Shown piece after piece: positions 39,250 through 54,369 of a stretch of DNA of 64,000 bases. The notes under the pieces are model-generated. The model did no database searches. It worked only from the letters and a program-made list of their open reading frames with translations, and had not been told where the DNA came from. Both the position numbers and the translations under genes were made by a program. Numbering within the stretch: position 1 is the stretch's first letter; every line of letters starts with the position of its first letter. This DNA is from Epiperipatus broadwayi (taxonomy: Eukaryota; Animalia; Onychophora), in contig JAQFVV010000006.1 of NCBI GenBank assembly GCA_028023455.1, positions 4,278,001 through 4,342,000 of the forward strand, written 5' to 3'.

Positions 39250-39608
39250 CCATTAAACATCACATGATCATCATTTCCTATGCTTACACAAGCTGTTAAA
39301 ACAATAGCAATGTTTCCATACAGTAGTGTCACCCAGTGTAAGCTTTAGTAATCAATGGATGCAAGAAGGTTTGTGCATAAAATATCCCTATCTAGTGCTC
39401 CAATATCCCCAGACTAGTTTCTAACTTGTGGCTTTCATCAGTGAAGAACCGTGGACCTGAGAAAACTACACCCAAATCTTAGGATCTAATTCAATCCTCT
39501 AACAACTACCTTTTACTTTCTCAGTTAACTATAAATTTTCTTGCATCCATTGATTACAATGGCTTGTACTGGGTGGCACTACTGTATGGAGAGTTTGCTA
39601 CTGTTTAA
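39250..39608. mobile_element. Foldback family A copy (complete left arm, short right arm)
   Basis: accattaaacatcacatgatc ... ggtggcactactgtatggagagtttgc. Confidence 0.9.
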
Positions 39609-42189
39609 TAAAATTCAAAATGTTTTCTTTAATATATGGTAATAATGATCACTACATTACCCCTATTTGCAATATCTGGCCAAATCACATAGAACACGAG
39701 CTAATCCCGATGAAATGGACATGGAATTAATATTCAGACCAGGCAACATTATATATAAAAAAGTTAGCACCCACTATTTAAACAAATAACAAACAATGAT
39801 TTACTTACAAAGTATTATAATTGCCAGACAAGATATAATCTTCTTTTCCTAAAGATGCTTACATTATTACTGACTATATCCTAAGACTTTCCCGAAATTT
39901 TCTTTATAATTTGCTTACCTTTATGATTATACTTTAATGGTAGTAATTGCTTTAACAAAACATTTCTTCACAACTTTTAATTCACACTCATGCCAGAAAA
40001 TAAATATGAACCAATCACATTTATTTGTAAAGTGTCCAAAGTTCATTTTGATTAATTTTAAAACATTAATCTTACAATTACATATTATAATACTAACAGT
40101 TTTATGACTGAACAAATTTGCCTTAGAGTAAATCTCTGGCCTTTTTATACCCTGATATAATCCTATGTATGGCCAACTCTCACAAATACAATACATTGTT
40201 TCATATTATTAGTTTTCATAGCATAGTCACATATATGTATCAAATATGGGGTTATTATAATCAATATATATATATATTCCTTACAATGATAATTCTAGGG
40301 AGTGGTCACTTTAAGTCCAAATCTTGACTTAATAATAATTCCACTTAACTAATTGAGATGGTACCTTTGGATCCGATTTCAAATTTAGTAATTCTATTTA
40401 ACTATGTGGTCCCTTTTGAATCTGATCTCAAATTTACTAAACAAAACCGTGAATAAACTCACTATATAGATATAGTATATTTTAATCATTTAACATTAAT
40501 CTAACTACTGCATTTATTTTATATGTTCTGACACGCACAAAATCTAATTTACGGCATTTAATGCAAAGGTTAATTTACGTACAAAATGATGAAATCAAAT
40601 TTCAAATGAACCCCTGCTTTAACTTAAAACTCTAATAATTATACTACCACTCATTGTTTCTAATACTTAGACATTTCACATTAAATACTTCACGCATGCA
40701 CATTTCATGCATTTAAAAAAAAATACTGCATCATGATTATTGATCTAAATTTGCATATTGTTTGACAATTTCCACATGAAAAAGCAAATCCCTTATAGCT
40801 TTTCTTTTGCTAGGAGATAAAATGTTAACTAATCATACCACAAATATAATAAAAGATGTAGCAAATTTAGTATTTGGGTGCTTGAATACAGCTCGAGTAT
40901 TCATAGATGCTTAACAGCAAATGACTTTCTTTTATATTTTAGACAGAACATTCATTCACTTCCTCCTTTTATCAATCAATTAAATAATATTTAAACACAA
41001 AATAAAACTTAAAATGGTTAATACGTTAGTAATCAATCAAGTTTTTTTTTTCACTTATGTAGCATAAAGTTTTGTAGCCGAATTTCTCTGCAGTTCATAA
41101 TGAGGATTTTTATGTGAGCTAATAGTTCTCCCACGATGGCGAGCATTATTTTATTCCATTTATTTCACTTTACAAGTGTCTATTGTGGTTTCTGTCAACC
41201 TTGTGCCATTGAAATTTAAAGTTTAGATACTTTTTTTCATCATTTTGATTAGATTCTTTCAAAATAGTTTGATAAGATTCACCAGAGGGTCCAGGTTAGA
41301 TTTCAGTAGCTGGTCTTTTCTACTTGGTCATCATAGTAACGATTCCAATGAAGCCTGAATAAAGCAAAAATCCATATTAATCAATTTCAAAAAAAATTGA
41401 CTATATATTCTTTTGGCCTCTTGTTTATAACACCTGTGACAATCTCTTATTGTTCACGACCTCATTTTATTTTAATTACATTTTCTTTAATTGATTGAAT
41501 TTTCAAAACACCATCATTATTTAATTCCTTGCATTTTTATCTACTTTTTTGAATCTCTTATCACAAAATGCAAGTTTAAATTTAAAAACAGACCTAATTT
41601 AATTACTTAATCGAAAAATAAAGATTATTTACTTAAACTTTTAAAATCTATTTCTTTTCACACTATTATACTTAATTATAATGTTTTATAGATTCTTGTT
41701 AACATAATTTTAAGCATGCATTCTTTTAGCTTTGATAAGAGAAATAGTTTTAATATAGTTTATATAATTTATTAGTTTCTCTTAAGTTTAAAAACTTTTA
41801 TCAAACCTATCATATTATTTATAATTATTTTAAAATATAGGTGGTTCTCTACTTTCATGCCTTCTATTTTCGTACAATTCGCTATTTTGTACACATTTTG
41901 TACTTTTGATTTTTATAGATATATATGACAAAACGTACGTATTTTCATATAATGGTTCTCCCTTTCTCATGGACTATTATTCACTAGTTCCTCCCCACTT
42001 CTCCGACATTAATACATACATTTTTGGCATCACAGTTTCAGACTTGTGTAGGGACACCTTGAGTTAGCGCATATTAAGAAGTTGCGTCTTTGTCGATTTA
42101 TGTTAGGACATGTGCTATCACTTTATGTACATTTCTGTTTTGGTGAAAAAATTCACTCTTATTAATTCATAAACATAAGTGAGAAACGA

Positions 42190-42370
42190 AAACAGCAATG
42201 TTGATGCAGGCATAAAGAAATCAAGGTCTCATAATCTCCATGCGATCGAGACAAAGATGGTGAATTTTTTGCTTCAATTGATCATTTGTATAATTTAAGC
42301 CAATCGACAATATGTTCAATCGTGAAAACCAAGAACAAAGTTAAGGATTATTTTCAAAATTAGGGAAATA
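42190..42370 (+). mobile_element. Tigger/pogo-like transposase N-terminal HTH remnant
   Basis: YNLSQSTICSIVKTKNKVKD resembles the CENP-B-type HTH_psq motif. Confidence 0.5.
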
Positions 42371-42517
42371 CAGTACAGTATTTCCAAATTCATACACTGC
42401 GAAGTTATTATGCTTGTTAGCTTTTTTAATATTATTTGTCTAAATTTTATATATGATTGTGTCGCACGTGTCTATATATTTAGCCTCATTTTTTCTCAAT
42501 TAAAATTGAAAAATTTT

Positions 42518-42649
42518 AGATAAAAAATATTTTCAAAGTATCAACGTTTATTATATATTAATAATTCTTCGAAATTTTTTTAAAGATAAAAAATATTTTC
42601 AAAGTATCAACGTTTATTATATATTAATAATTCTTCGAAATTTTTTTAA
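42518..42649 (+). repeat. Perfect 2 x 66-bp tandem duplication
   Basis: 42518-42583 identical to 42584-42649. Confidence 0.95.
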
Positions 42650-43978
42650 AAATAAAACTATATTTAGCAGAAACATATCCATATATATGTATTTTGAAAA
42701 CTTTTTGATATTTTTTTTTACATTGCTCTACTTTCGTACATTTCAACTTTCATTCATGTTTCAAAAACCAATTAGGTATGACAGTAGAGAACCACCCATA
42801 TGACACTGAGTAAATTATTCTAAAATTTCAACATTATTATTATTATTAACAATTTATTTTAAGATATTTCTTCAATTTTAAATAATTTTCTTTAAAACAG
42901 TTGCACTGATTTATTTATTAGTATCGTCACAACTGAAAACCCGCTCATTACCATGTAGGAGACCATATGGCTGATAGTGAAATGAATAAGATATTATTCA
43001 ACTCGATACATATTGCTAATATTACGGAGGCTCCACGAATTGGGCCAGCTAAATTAAAATATCAAAATAATATATTGTCAATATCCACGGAGTGGGATGC
43101 AACAGTGTAATTGTTACAAAAGAGAGAGCAATAAGAGCTTTATAGAGCGAAAGAGTATCAACGCACCATTTATAGGAGATTATGCACATCAATGCTATGT
43201 CGAGTAAAGGAAATTTTATTACATCCAGATAACCTTTAATTCAACTAAATATCCGAGTTCAAATCTAGCCAAAAAAATTCCTTGCATCCTTAGTATGAAT
43301 GTATTAAATGTGTCTTCAATTTATAAATTAATTTATATCTTTATGTTAGCATTAATCTGGTGTTTTCTTAGATAAGCCATTTGAACTACATGTGTGAGTA
43401 TTGAAACGTAATACACAAATGCCATTTGAGCGCCATGGCAAAACTTACTGCTTGTTACACATAATAATCCTCCTCTCAGCTAAATGTTCACAGTCAACAA
43501 TAATCTCTCAAGGTTGAAAGTACGTGAGACAATTAATCTAATATGACTCAATAAATTACTAATATTACAGAAAAAAAATATAAGACTTCAAATTTAAAAT
43601 AAAATAATAAAGTTTATTTACAAACAAGGAAAATAAATAAATAACAAATGAATATACGGGTATTGCCTTTGGAAATATATGTGTAAGTTAAGTAGTGAAT
43701 TATTTCCTTTATTATGATGACCTTAAAAAAATACGCGTATGTATATGTACTCTCAAAGCATGATATTTAAATCTGCTTATCGAATCTACTTCTTTAAATG
43801 TGATGTCTAGCATAAGTTATATTATTCTTTTATACACTAGAAACGAATAATCAGATGATCAGATAAAAAAAAAATATATATATACCTTTACCACATTTGA
43901 ATAATATTATCCGATGAATATCATATATACATTTAGAAATAATAAGTGAAATAGTGCTTAAAGCTAAATGGGATAATG

Positions 43979-44410
43979 ATGTAATTAGATACCAACCAGT
44001 AACCAGCTAAACATTCACAATGAAGATAGTAATCAATATTTCTCACTGCTGTCAAGGCAACCATCTCACCTTTTAATAGCAAGAATGGAAATCCATTCTT
44101 ACTAATGGTCCATTGAGTATATATGGACATTTAAAGATTGCAACTTGACCACAGAGAATGAAATATTGATACAATGAAGTTTATTCATGTTTAAAGAGGT
44201 TTATTTAAACTTCATTGTATCAATATTTCATTCTCTGTGGTCAAGTTGCAATCTTTAAATGTCCATATATATTCAATGGACCATTAGTAAGAATGGATTT
44301 CCATTCTTGCTATTAAAAGGTGAGAAGGTTGCCTTGACAGCAATGAGAAATATTGATTACTATCTTTATTGTGAATGTTTAGGTGGTTACTGGTTGGTAT
44401 CTAATTACAT
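43979..44410. repeat. Near-perfect long palindrome (205-bp arms, 22-bp spacer)
   Basis: 43979-44183 is the reverse complement of 44206-44410 with 5 mismatches. Confidence 0.97.
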
Positions 44411-44774
44411 ATATATATTGTATAACACTATGAAATATTAATACAAGGCCATTATTCTATTACTTATTAAAGAGTGACTTCTTCTCTTTTTTATCATAAG
44501 AAACAAAATGATGATAATAATAATGACTTCCCTTTTCTTTTTTTGTTCTTTATACTATAAATAATAAATAAACTAAGCAGTTTCTTTTTTTTGTTGTTGT
44601 AAAGTTCTCTATTGTGAACAATAATACGGGATGTATAATACTAAATTAACAAATGGTATTAATGTTATGCATAGCTATGCTTTCGTTCCATAAATGATTT
44701 AAAACAATTATTTGAAATTAGTTTGTTCATTCTGGAATATACCGATCATTTTTGAAATATAACACAATAGAATA

Positions 44775-45072
44775 ATACAGATGCATGTTAGGAGTAACAA
44801 GAAGAAATCAAAAACACAACACACATAGGTAAGAGAACAAACAGGTGTTACTGACATATTGCTAGAAGAGATGATAATAGATGGACAATTGAAACCTTAA
44901 ACTGGATTCAAAGAAATTGTAAAAGACCCAGAAAGAGACCACATGTGAGATGGACGGATCAAATAAGAAAGTGTGCAGGGGTGATGTGGAGAAGAGAGGC
45001 TAGAGATCAGAGAAGATGGATTGAACTTGGAGAGATTTTAATCCTGCAGGACCGATAATGGTTGATGATGAT
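44775..45072 (+). mobile_element. RTE LINE 3' fragment with (GAT)n tail
   Basis: RWTIETLNWI.R..KRPRKRPHVRW.DQIRK..G..WRREA.D remnant. Confidence 0.85.
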
Positions 45073-46069
45073 AATATAAAACTCTATAGAGTTTTGACAC
45101 TTCAGCTAGAATAGAATAAAAAAACTTTTATTGCTTAAATGAAATACCAGGATGCTGTAACTTACATATTTTGCGATGGTTTTTACTTTCATTAATATGT
45201 AAGGAACTACGGTTGGTATAATCCTTTGGTAATAATAATGATAATGATCTAAATAATATATTCATGGCTAGATGTCTCTTGATAAAGAAAATAATCCTTG
45301 AGATCTCTTAAAGGATCTCTACCTGCAACGAATTTATTCCTTCATTATTTGTTTCACCGTACTGATTTTTGAAATATAATTCCTATTCCAATGGTTCACT
45401 TTTTTATACTTAAAGAAAAAAATCTATAAAGTTTTATTCAAGTCCGAAGAATGCTATCCAATTTTTAGAATGTCTTTTCATATCTTATGTGCATATTCTT
45501 ACATGTTCTATAGTTTGACATCAATTTAATTAGGTACTTTTAAATTTCTTCACATGACCTTCAAATAATATTATTCTTAATAATGTTAAAAAGATAAAAA
45601 TAATAATAACTTATAGTAATTTTTTTTTGTTTCTAATAATAATATATATTCCCCCATTTTTATATATACAAGTCATCTCTTTTTAAACTTATACGCATGG
45701 AAACCAATTGTATACACATCTTGCTTATATATATATATGTGTGCATGTGTAAAATGAATTAAATGGCATATATTCTTATACTGATTAATCGCAGTTTTTA
45801 ATGCGAATAATTATGTTAACGTTTTATACAAATAAAATATAAATTAGATATTATCTTAAACTGTAAACATAATAATCACTCACGATATCTTAATAAATAA
45901 TCTTTTGAAGTAAGGGTTTCTCTTTTATAATCCCCTCATTTTTCATAATTAAATACTTTTTTAAATGCAAACCACAAACTTAGTCACAATATATACATAT
46001 ATAAAACAGTAAAAAAATCAAGCCATACCTCACATGACTTAACTTCATAAGCTTGAACTACAAATGTAC

Positions 46070-46487
<418 letters not shown>

Positions 46488-48189
46488 CTAGCAAAAAAAA
46501 AAAAAGATATTAAGCCTGTAAATGATTTTAAATAATTAATGAATATAAATATTATAATTAATTTTAATAACTAATATATTATCAATTTACAATAAAAACA
46601 AATAAATATATGAAAAAAATATGCAAACTGAAATAAAATAGGTTTTAAAATTTCGAGGGAAAAAAGATTTTCATATGGAAATGAGTTCAAATAGAGATCC
46701 AATATAAACAAATTTAAAGGAATCCAAAAACCAATCAAAATGACGATTTCTATTAACAACAGTCATTGATTCCATTATTCTATTTTAGAGTCACCTATTG
46801 GAAGAATGAGTAATCAGTAAACACCAAATAGTAGTACTAAACAAATATCCAGGCTACTCATTGAAGCAGCGGTTATTTTTCTACTTTCCAAGTTAATGAT
46901 TTGAAAGTTTCAAACACTGTGAGGTTTTGAACCCAAGACAATGTGCCTGATATCAGGATAGCAATTATATTTTAGTTACCTCAGTTAAATTCTAATAGTA
47001 AAAAAAAACATCCATCTCTTCCATCTACCGTAAGCACAAGTGATTAATGGGCATTAGATGGCAGTATCCAACAAATTCTCAAACCAGTTTCTGATTCTTG
47101 GTCTTCATCAGGTAATGAGCATTGGTTTGCGCATATGCATCCTGTACCATTTTTACATTTATCAAGTTAGCAATTGAAGGTTTCAAACACCTCAAAATTT
47201 TGAACGCAAGACAATTGGCTTATAAAGTTATACAAGTCTATTTTAAACCAGTCATAATCTCAGTTTTATACTAAGTGGAAGAAGCTTGTATCTTTTGGCA
47301 ACAGAATACATATTTACAAACTATCATACTTCTCTTCCCGTCCACAATTAGCAACTGCTCTAAGATAAGTAGTTCATTTTATCTCTCAATTCCAGAACTG
47401 CAAATAGTAAGAATGAATAATCAATGGATATAATGGGCCAACAAAATCCTCAAATACTTTTTGTTTATTGGTTTTGTCAACATATAAATTTACCTTTATT
47501 TCTTTTATACTATTAAGTTAAGATCGCTCGTAGAAAAAGATTTTAACTAATAATTTAGAGATACATTAGAAGTTGTTTGAGGACATGTTTATTGCATAGA
47601 TTCAATTATGCCGTTATCTGGTCACTTCATGCCTCTTATATTAGTACCTATTTACTAATCTTTTTTTTTTTTTAAATTTGTTTTGTGATGTTTTGATATA
47701 AAAAAATAGAGACAAACATTACCGGAAGCGACCTTCGACTTTTGAATAATAAGATTACAATGAATCGAAGACTCCAGAAATTGGAAATATTACATATTTG
47801 ATTAACAGTTCACATTTCTGCATGACAAAATCTACAGTATGATAAAAGTGGTTACCCATGTTACTGATTCATGGGGGATAATGTCTTTCCCGAGTCTGCC
47901 CATGAACATTTGCTGTTGTTTAATATCAATTGCCAGTCATGATTTTTTTCAAATAAACCATTCTATTTTAGTTTTAGGTATTCTGAATAGATGGAATCCA
48001 AAATCAGGCAAAAATCACTGCCTTTGATGAATTAAGGTATGAATCATTTACTTATGATGGCTGTAAAGTAAATTAGTAGCCATTATAAGACAAATGTTAT
48101 GTAATGTTAAATATTCATTTTACTTCAAAGTAAATGAAAATTCATCATCATTTTAAAAACGTTGATCCACTGCAAGATCTCATGTTTTT

Positions 48190-50390
48190 TAATTCACTTT
48201 TTCTGATTGATATTCTTTTTTATCCACATCAGATCAGCAAATTATCTTATTTCATCCATCCATCTCACATGTAGCTCTTTGGAATCCAATATAAAATTTC
48301 CTACTATTAATCTATTATTTCAGGTTCTTAATTCTTTCAACAATGTCAATAATACGTGCTTGTTTTCAGCACTCATAAATTTAACTTTTAATCTCTTCTT
48401 GCTACTACTAGCGTTCATTTCTTCACACTTGTCCAAGTATCAAATCTGTTAAGTAAAAACTGGTAAAACCCATTAATGTTGAAAACCTTCCTTTTCAAAC
48501 ACATAGGCATATTTCCTCTTAATATTAAGTTATTTCTATCAGTGCACTCTATTCAAATTTAATTTTATATTCATTTCATCCATTTTATTTCAATCTGCAT
48601 TAATAATCTGACCAAGATATTTGCAATTCTCAACTTTTTCTAAGAAAGGATTAACAATTTTTATATTTTTCTCTTAGAAAATATACTGAAAATTAGTTTC
48701 ATCTTTTTAACAGTCATCTTCAATCCTAATTTCTTATATATCTTTTGCAATATATCCTGAAGCTCTGAAGCTTTATTTGCAAAAATAACTACATCAACTG
48801 GAATATCCAGATGACTTATAAATGATCACCATTTTCTTTTACTCGCTTAGCTCCCCATTTTAATCCACCAAATACTCTTTGCAGATCTGAGATAAAACAT
48901 TTTACAAAAATGTTTATGGAATCAAAGATCTTTTCATAATTTACAAATCCAAAGCATAGTGGTGACTTATATTCATTGGACTTTCTATAACTTCTCTAAA
49001 AACCACTTCCTTTGATAGATTAGAATCCAAAATTCACTGTTGATGAGTTGTAATCATTTTGGTAAAGATTTTGTATAAAACTAATAAAAGACTGATAGGT
49101 CTATATTTCTAATATCTTATTTATCACCCTTTTAAAATATTTTAACATTACTGCTTTCTTTCTAATCATCTGGTACATCTTTGCCATTTAGATTTTTGAT
49201 ATATAGCTTTATCAACAATTTTTCTATTTCTTATCATTTCCTAGAATTTTCCCTCTTTTCAAACAATTAACTGGACATCTCATTTCTTCATTAAAACGTT
49301 TGGCAATTTGCAAGATGTTCTAAATTTAAAACATATTTTATTTTCTTATTCTTTATTGCTATATAATTCTATACAGAATTATTTCACCCATTTCATTATG
49401 ACATCTCTCTTTTTAGTAATAGTTCCATCTTTTCCCCCATTATTGTAACCATTTTCTTTTCAATATGAAGATAATGAATTTCACTTTTGAGACTTATTCC
49501 CTTCTATTTCTTTCCTTGTCAGTTCACAATCATATTTTCTTACATTATTATTAACTATTTTTTGTTTAATTTTTCTAAACTCTACATATTCATCTTAACA
49601 GAGCTCTTACAGAAAAATCTTGTATACCCTCTTTTTGTCTTGTCTTAATGATAAATTTATTGATTCTTTGTATCAGCTATCTCGCTTGCAATTCTTAACA
49701 GCATATCAATTATCTTCTTATTGATTTCGGTCAAGTCAGAACATCTCCAAAGTCTGTTAAAATGATTTTCAAGTTCCAATTTAAATTTATTGAAATATTG
49801 CTGAAAGTTAGGAATATGAACTGTTAATACTGTCTTTCTTAATAGTTTTCATCTCTCCAGTTTTGTATTAATGTGTATCTTACATCACCCATATAATGAT
49901 GTTCTGGTCTTCCATTTGTTAACAACATTACAATCTTGAAATAAATACATATTTTTCATTAGTCAAAATATAATCCATTTCTGCTGTATCTTCATGTAGC
50001 TTTCTCAAAGAATTCATAATATAATCTGTGCACTTTACAAGTCTAGTCTTGCATCTGTTAGTAATATTAAAAAAATCTTGAAACACATATTTTCTATTGC
50101 CAAAATATAATCCACTTCAGCTGTACCTCGATGTAGCTCTTTCTCACAGAATTCATAATATATTCTCTGTGAACTTCACAACTCTGCATCATCTCTCATT
50201 TTTATCATCCTAACCAAATGTACCCCAAAAATTTTCATCTTTCAACTGGTTGTCAATTCTAATATTGAAGTCTCCTATGACAATTTTAAAATATTGTTTG
50301 GCCTGATCAAAAGTATTTTGAACATTGTATTTATATATTGGACTATTTCCATCATCCAATATAAGTATTGAATGTTTTTAGAAAAAATTA
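48190..50390 (-). mobile_element. Near full-length decayed RTE LINE (APE endonuclease plus RT)
   Basis: KIVIGDFN (about 50270), NEYKSPLCFGFVNYEKIFDS (about 48950), YLGQ (about 48615) and WMDEI; internal duplication of about 136 bp at 49967/50103. Confidence 0.8.
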
Positions 50391-50399
50391 ACTATATTT

Positions 50400-50605
50400 A
50401 AATTTTCCAATTTACATTCAACTATTGGTAAATAGCCCACAGGTTAGTATATGCGCAACGTTTTGAGAGGTATTATTCTCCCCCTCTTTTTCAGGTGTTG
50501 CTGGTCTAGCCAGTGACAGTACTAGCATGGGAATCAAACCTGGACACTTAGATTCTTGACTACTTAATTTTAAGGTAACGCTTTAACCAAATGAACCATC
50601 CTGCC
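50400..50605 (-). mobile_element. tRNA-derived SINE
   Basis: A-box-like tggttcatttggt and B-box-like ggtttgattccc on the minus strand. Confidence 0.5.
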
Positions 50606-50759
50606 AAAGGCAACAGTCGGTAGAAATTTCATATACTTATTTATGAAGCCTCCTGATTTCTCCATTTTTTCCTAAGAGTAAAGTTAATTCCATACTCTAG
50701 GTATAGTCACATTAGGTTGACTTATAGGGTCCTTCTCTGTACCTTTTCTTCTCTATCCA

Positions 50760-51120
50760 ATATTTTTATATTTGCCCTATTGAACAATGTTCATTGGTAC
50801 ATATATAATCATATAAAATCCTTTACTTACTTATCTTAATGAGAACTTGTTGGGCATAAATCTAAAATATTTGCATTTAACATTCTCAATACTTACTCTT
50901 GCTACTTTGATATTCTACCAATTTTCACAATGATGTTCTTCAATTTTATAACAAATCCTATTCTGCTCGTCCTTCCAATATTTGTATCTTAGTAGCCAAG
51001 TACATATCTAGCTTTTACATCAATTACCTCTTCAGGTTTTCTTCTAACAAACAACCTGAGGTTCATCAATGACTCATTTAATGTTAGATATTTTTTCTTC
51101 CAATGCATGCAATCTTCCTT
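50760..51120 (-). mobile_element. RTE endonuclease N-terminal remnant
   Basis: RIGFVIK and (Y)APTSSH.D..VKDFY-like remnants. Confidence 0.55.
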
Positions 51121-52046
51121 CATTAGAAAATGATTGACAGTTTGTTATAATCAAATCACATGACAGCCTAGGTTTGTAATCAGGGGATTATTAGTATTCC
51201 CTGCATAAGGCCACTGATTACTGCCTTGATTGGAGAGTTTACAGCTTCCTAGAATAGTGGACAATTTACTTTTGTCTGTCGCGAATGTAAATATCTCTCT
51301 GACAGTTCACCCATCCATCCATCCATCTCTTTATCTATAAAGATCAGTCACACACATATCCATCATGCCTTCAACAAAACACAACTGGGATTACAGTTAA
51401 AAACTAACTGACAACTGAAAAAAAAACCTATGTTTTGTCATGATTTTAGAGTCGCAAATAAAAAGTGAATACACTCATCATGTTGATTCATACGAGTTGA
51501 TGAGTTGAGTATCCATGTTTGTTTACCATATGAATAATCACATAGTAATAGCAACTGCATGATGACAAGAATGTATGGATTGGAAGTTACGAATTTACCA
51601 TTCTAGCTTCCTTTAAGGCCTCCAGGAGGAATCAAACATCTCCTTTAATTTAACAGTGAACTTCTTTCTGCAGAAAATTAAAAATTATGCTTTAATAAAT
51701 AAATAATGTTTGTAATGTCTTCGCCCCTAAGTTTTTCAAAGGGATAGAACAGAACATACAATCCGATATATAAACACAAACGAGGACAAGAAATTTAGAT
51801 AAATATATGGAACTTAGCTACACGGCTAAAACCAATTATTAAACAGTTGTGATGCAAATAGCTCTAACAGCTTGATACCCGTATCCAACTTCTTCTGGTA
51901 AACAAAACTGTAACAAGTGCCCGATGTTTTTCCATTCACAGTTTTTATATCCCTCTGTGTTCTTTTGTTTAAGTCTTAGCTGCTACATCTCTCCAAATTC
52001 TTTATCACGTTTTCCAAAACCCCGTTTTTGATTGTTCTTAATTTTT

Positions 52047-52215
52047 AATCTCTGTGGCTTTGTTTGGAATTATAATTATTTCCATTATAATTATTTAACT
52101 TTAATTAGTTATTTTTATCTTTAATAAAAATAAATCTCTGCAGTTTTGTTGCGAATTATAATTATTTCCATTATAATTTTTTGACTTTACATTAGTTAGT
52201 TTTATTTTCAAATAA
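52047..52215 (+). repeat. Diverged 2 x 86-bp tandem repeat
   Basis: aatctctg...gaattataattatttccattataatt at 52047 and 52133. Confidence 0.85.
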
Positions 52216-53724
52216 AATAAGAGAAAACTTTTGGAGTAAATTGTTCCTTGAAACTTCACTATTTATTTCTCAGCAAATGAATACAACAATGTTTCTAAAC
52301 TATTTTACTTTTAAAGACTATTTTCTACTCTAATATGAAATGGAGAGTTTACGACTACAGCTCTAATTTTTTTTATATATCATACAACTTCAGAAATAAT
52401 GTACCCAAAAAAGGTAATGAAGTATCCTACTGCTTATTTACAATATAGAATTATTTGTAATAAAAATATAACAGAAAATGACTGATCTTCTACATGGCTT
52501 TGCTACAAACAGCTAGAAATACAAACAGACACACACACCAAATTTATATGAAAATTTGCAATCTCCAGCAGATTAAAAGCACAATTTTTTGCTACTTATC
52601 AGATCACCATTAACCAAATGCTATTAGTAAGGTATAATCAAATGTATTCTCGATAGCCTGGTTTATACAAGAATAGCAGCAGGCTGATTATTTCCAGAAT
52701 CACAGCTCATATACAAGTGACTGATAATCTATGCATTTGATACAATACTGACTACCAATCAAGAGCACATATCAAATAAACAGAAAACTGACCATCATAT
52801 GAGCGACTTTCTGATAGGCCTCAGAAAAGGTAAATTTTGATTATTTATTAACTAGAATTGGACAGTCGTGAATAGCAAGATAAACTATAAAAGAAACAGC
52901 AGCTAAAGTTTTCAAACGATGGGGATTTACTTTTAGATGTAAGGTTTCTAGCTTCATGCTGAAAACATTAGGAGAGTGGGCCAACAATAAGATAACACAA
53001 AAGGCAAGTTATATTTGCCAAATAATTTATATGTATCAATGTAAAAACTATACTACTGTGTTACTTTAAACTCCATTTTTTTTAAATTGGCCAAATATTT
53101 CCTTATCAGATCTGGACAAAAAGAAAATCGTGATTTATATAAGTAACAAGCAGCGAATTCATTTCCAAAAAAGCTGTTAGAATTAAAGTAAGGTTATTTT
53201 AAAACTAATTCTAATAATATTCTGGAATATATTTTTTATTCATTAAAGGATGAAGTTTTGTATTATTTCTATTTTTGTCTCATCTACCATTTTTCAAGAA
53301 ACAATAAACATAAAATTATTCCTACTTTAGATACAATGTTTGTATTTTACAAGATATATATAATATATCCTTTAAAAAATATACAGTAGTTTATAAACCT
53401 ATTGTCCATGCCTTTACTCATGCAAATTGTGCTGCTATCTGTTGGCACATTTACCTACTAGTAGACCACGTTGTTTTACTGTTAATTTTATTAGCCTGCT
53501 GCAGTTCATCAGTTAAATTTAGAGGTCAAAAATCACAAAACAAAAAAAAAAATGGTGCACATTATGCATGACTATGATATATCGTTTTGCAGATAAATGG
53601 TGATTTAACTTAATAGTCTTTTTTACAAATTTTTGGGTAAAAATTACATTTTTTAAAAAATAGGGGTTAAAAAACACATAAATTCATTGATATGTGATTT
53701 CTAAAATAAATTCAGAGATAACTT

Positions 53725-53845
53725 TCAGATGGAAGAATAAAATACAGAAATGTTCTGGCATGATGTGGAGAAGAGAGGCTAGAGATCGGAGATATGGATT
53801 GAACTTGGAGAGATCTTCATCCTGCAGGATCGATAATGGTTGACA
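53725..53845 (+). mobile_element. RTE 3' fragment
   Basis: tgatgtggagaagagaggctagagatc...gaacttggagagatcttcatcctgcagg. Confidence 0.85.
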
Positions 53846-54369
53846 CTGACAATTTTAATAAATGCATTTTTACATTATATCAAAATAACTTATCTTGATG
53901 TAAAATTTTATTTTAATTACAAAAAGAAAATTAAGTTTATCATATAATTTTAATTATATTTTTTATTATTACTCTACAAAAAAAAATTGGCCATTTGTGA
54001 GCAACACATAAGTTACGTATAAAATGTCTAAATTCAGTTAGTAATTTATTTTTAATTTTCCATCTTTATCAATATTATTACTAAATAAATATTTGATAAC
54101 AAACGAATGTTATTTTTTAGTCTAACATTTATTTAATTAGAAAAGAAAGACTATTTAAGCAGATACCTTCTACTTAAGACTCACAGCTAGAAGCTGTAAA
54201 GAATTCTTATTTTTTACAAAAAGAACAACTGTTACTAATAATGATTGATAAGTATTAAAATATTCATTTTATTACAAATTTTATGAAGAATATTTTTTAG
54301 TAATTAAAAAAGCTCTTATTTTAAAACCAATGTGCCAAAATTTACAATTTATAAAGAAATTTAAAATTA

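Noticed and set aside
43933-44441. Two near-identical 60-65 aa ORFs (MSIY.QWTISKNG...)
   Set aside because: Mirror products of the palindrome arms; no coding evidence
51850-52010. Weak resemblance to Crypton/ZMYM-type sequence (NKRTQRDIKT..KLLELF)
   Set aside because: Too short and vague to support
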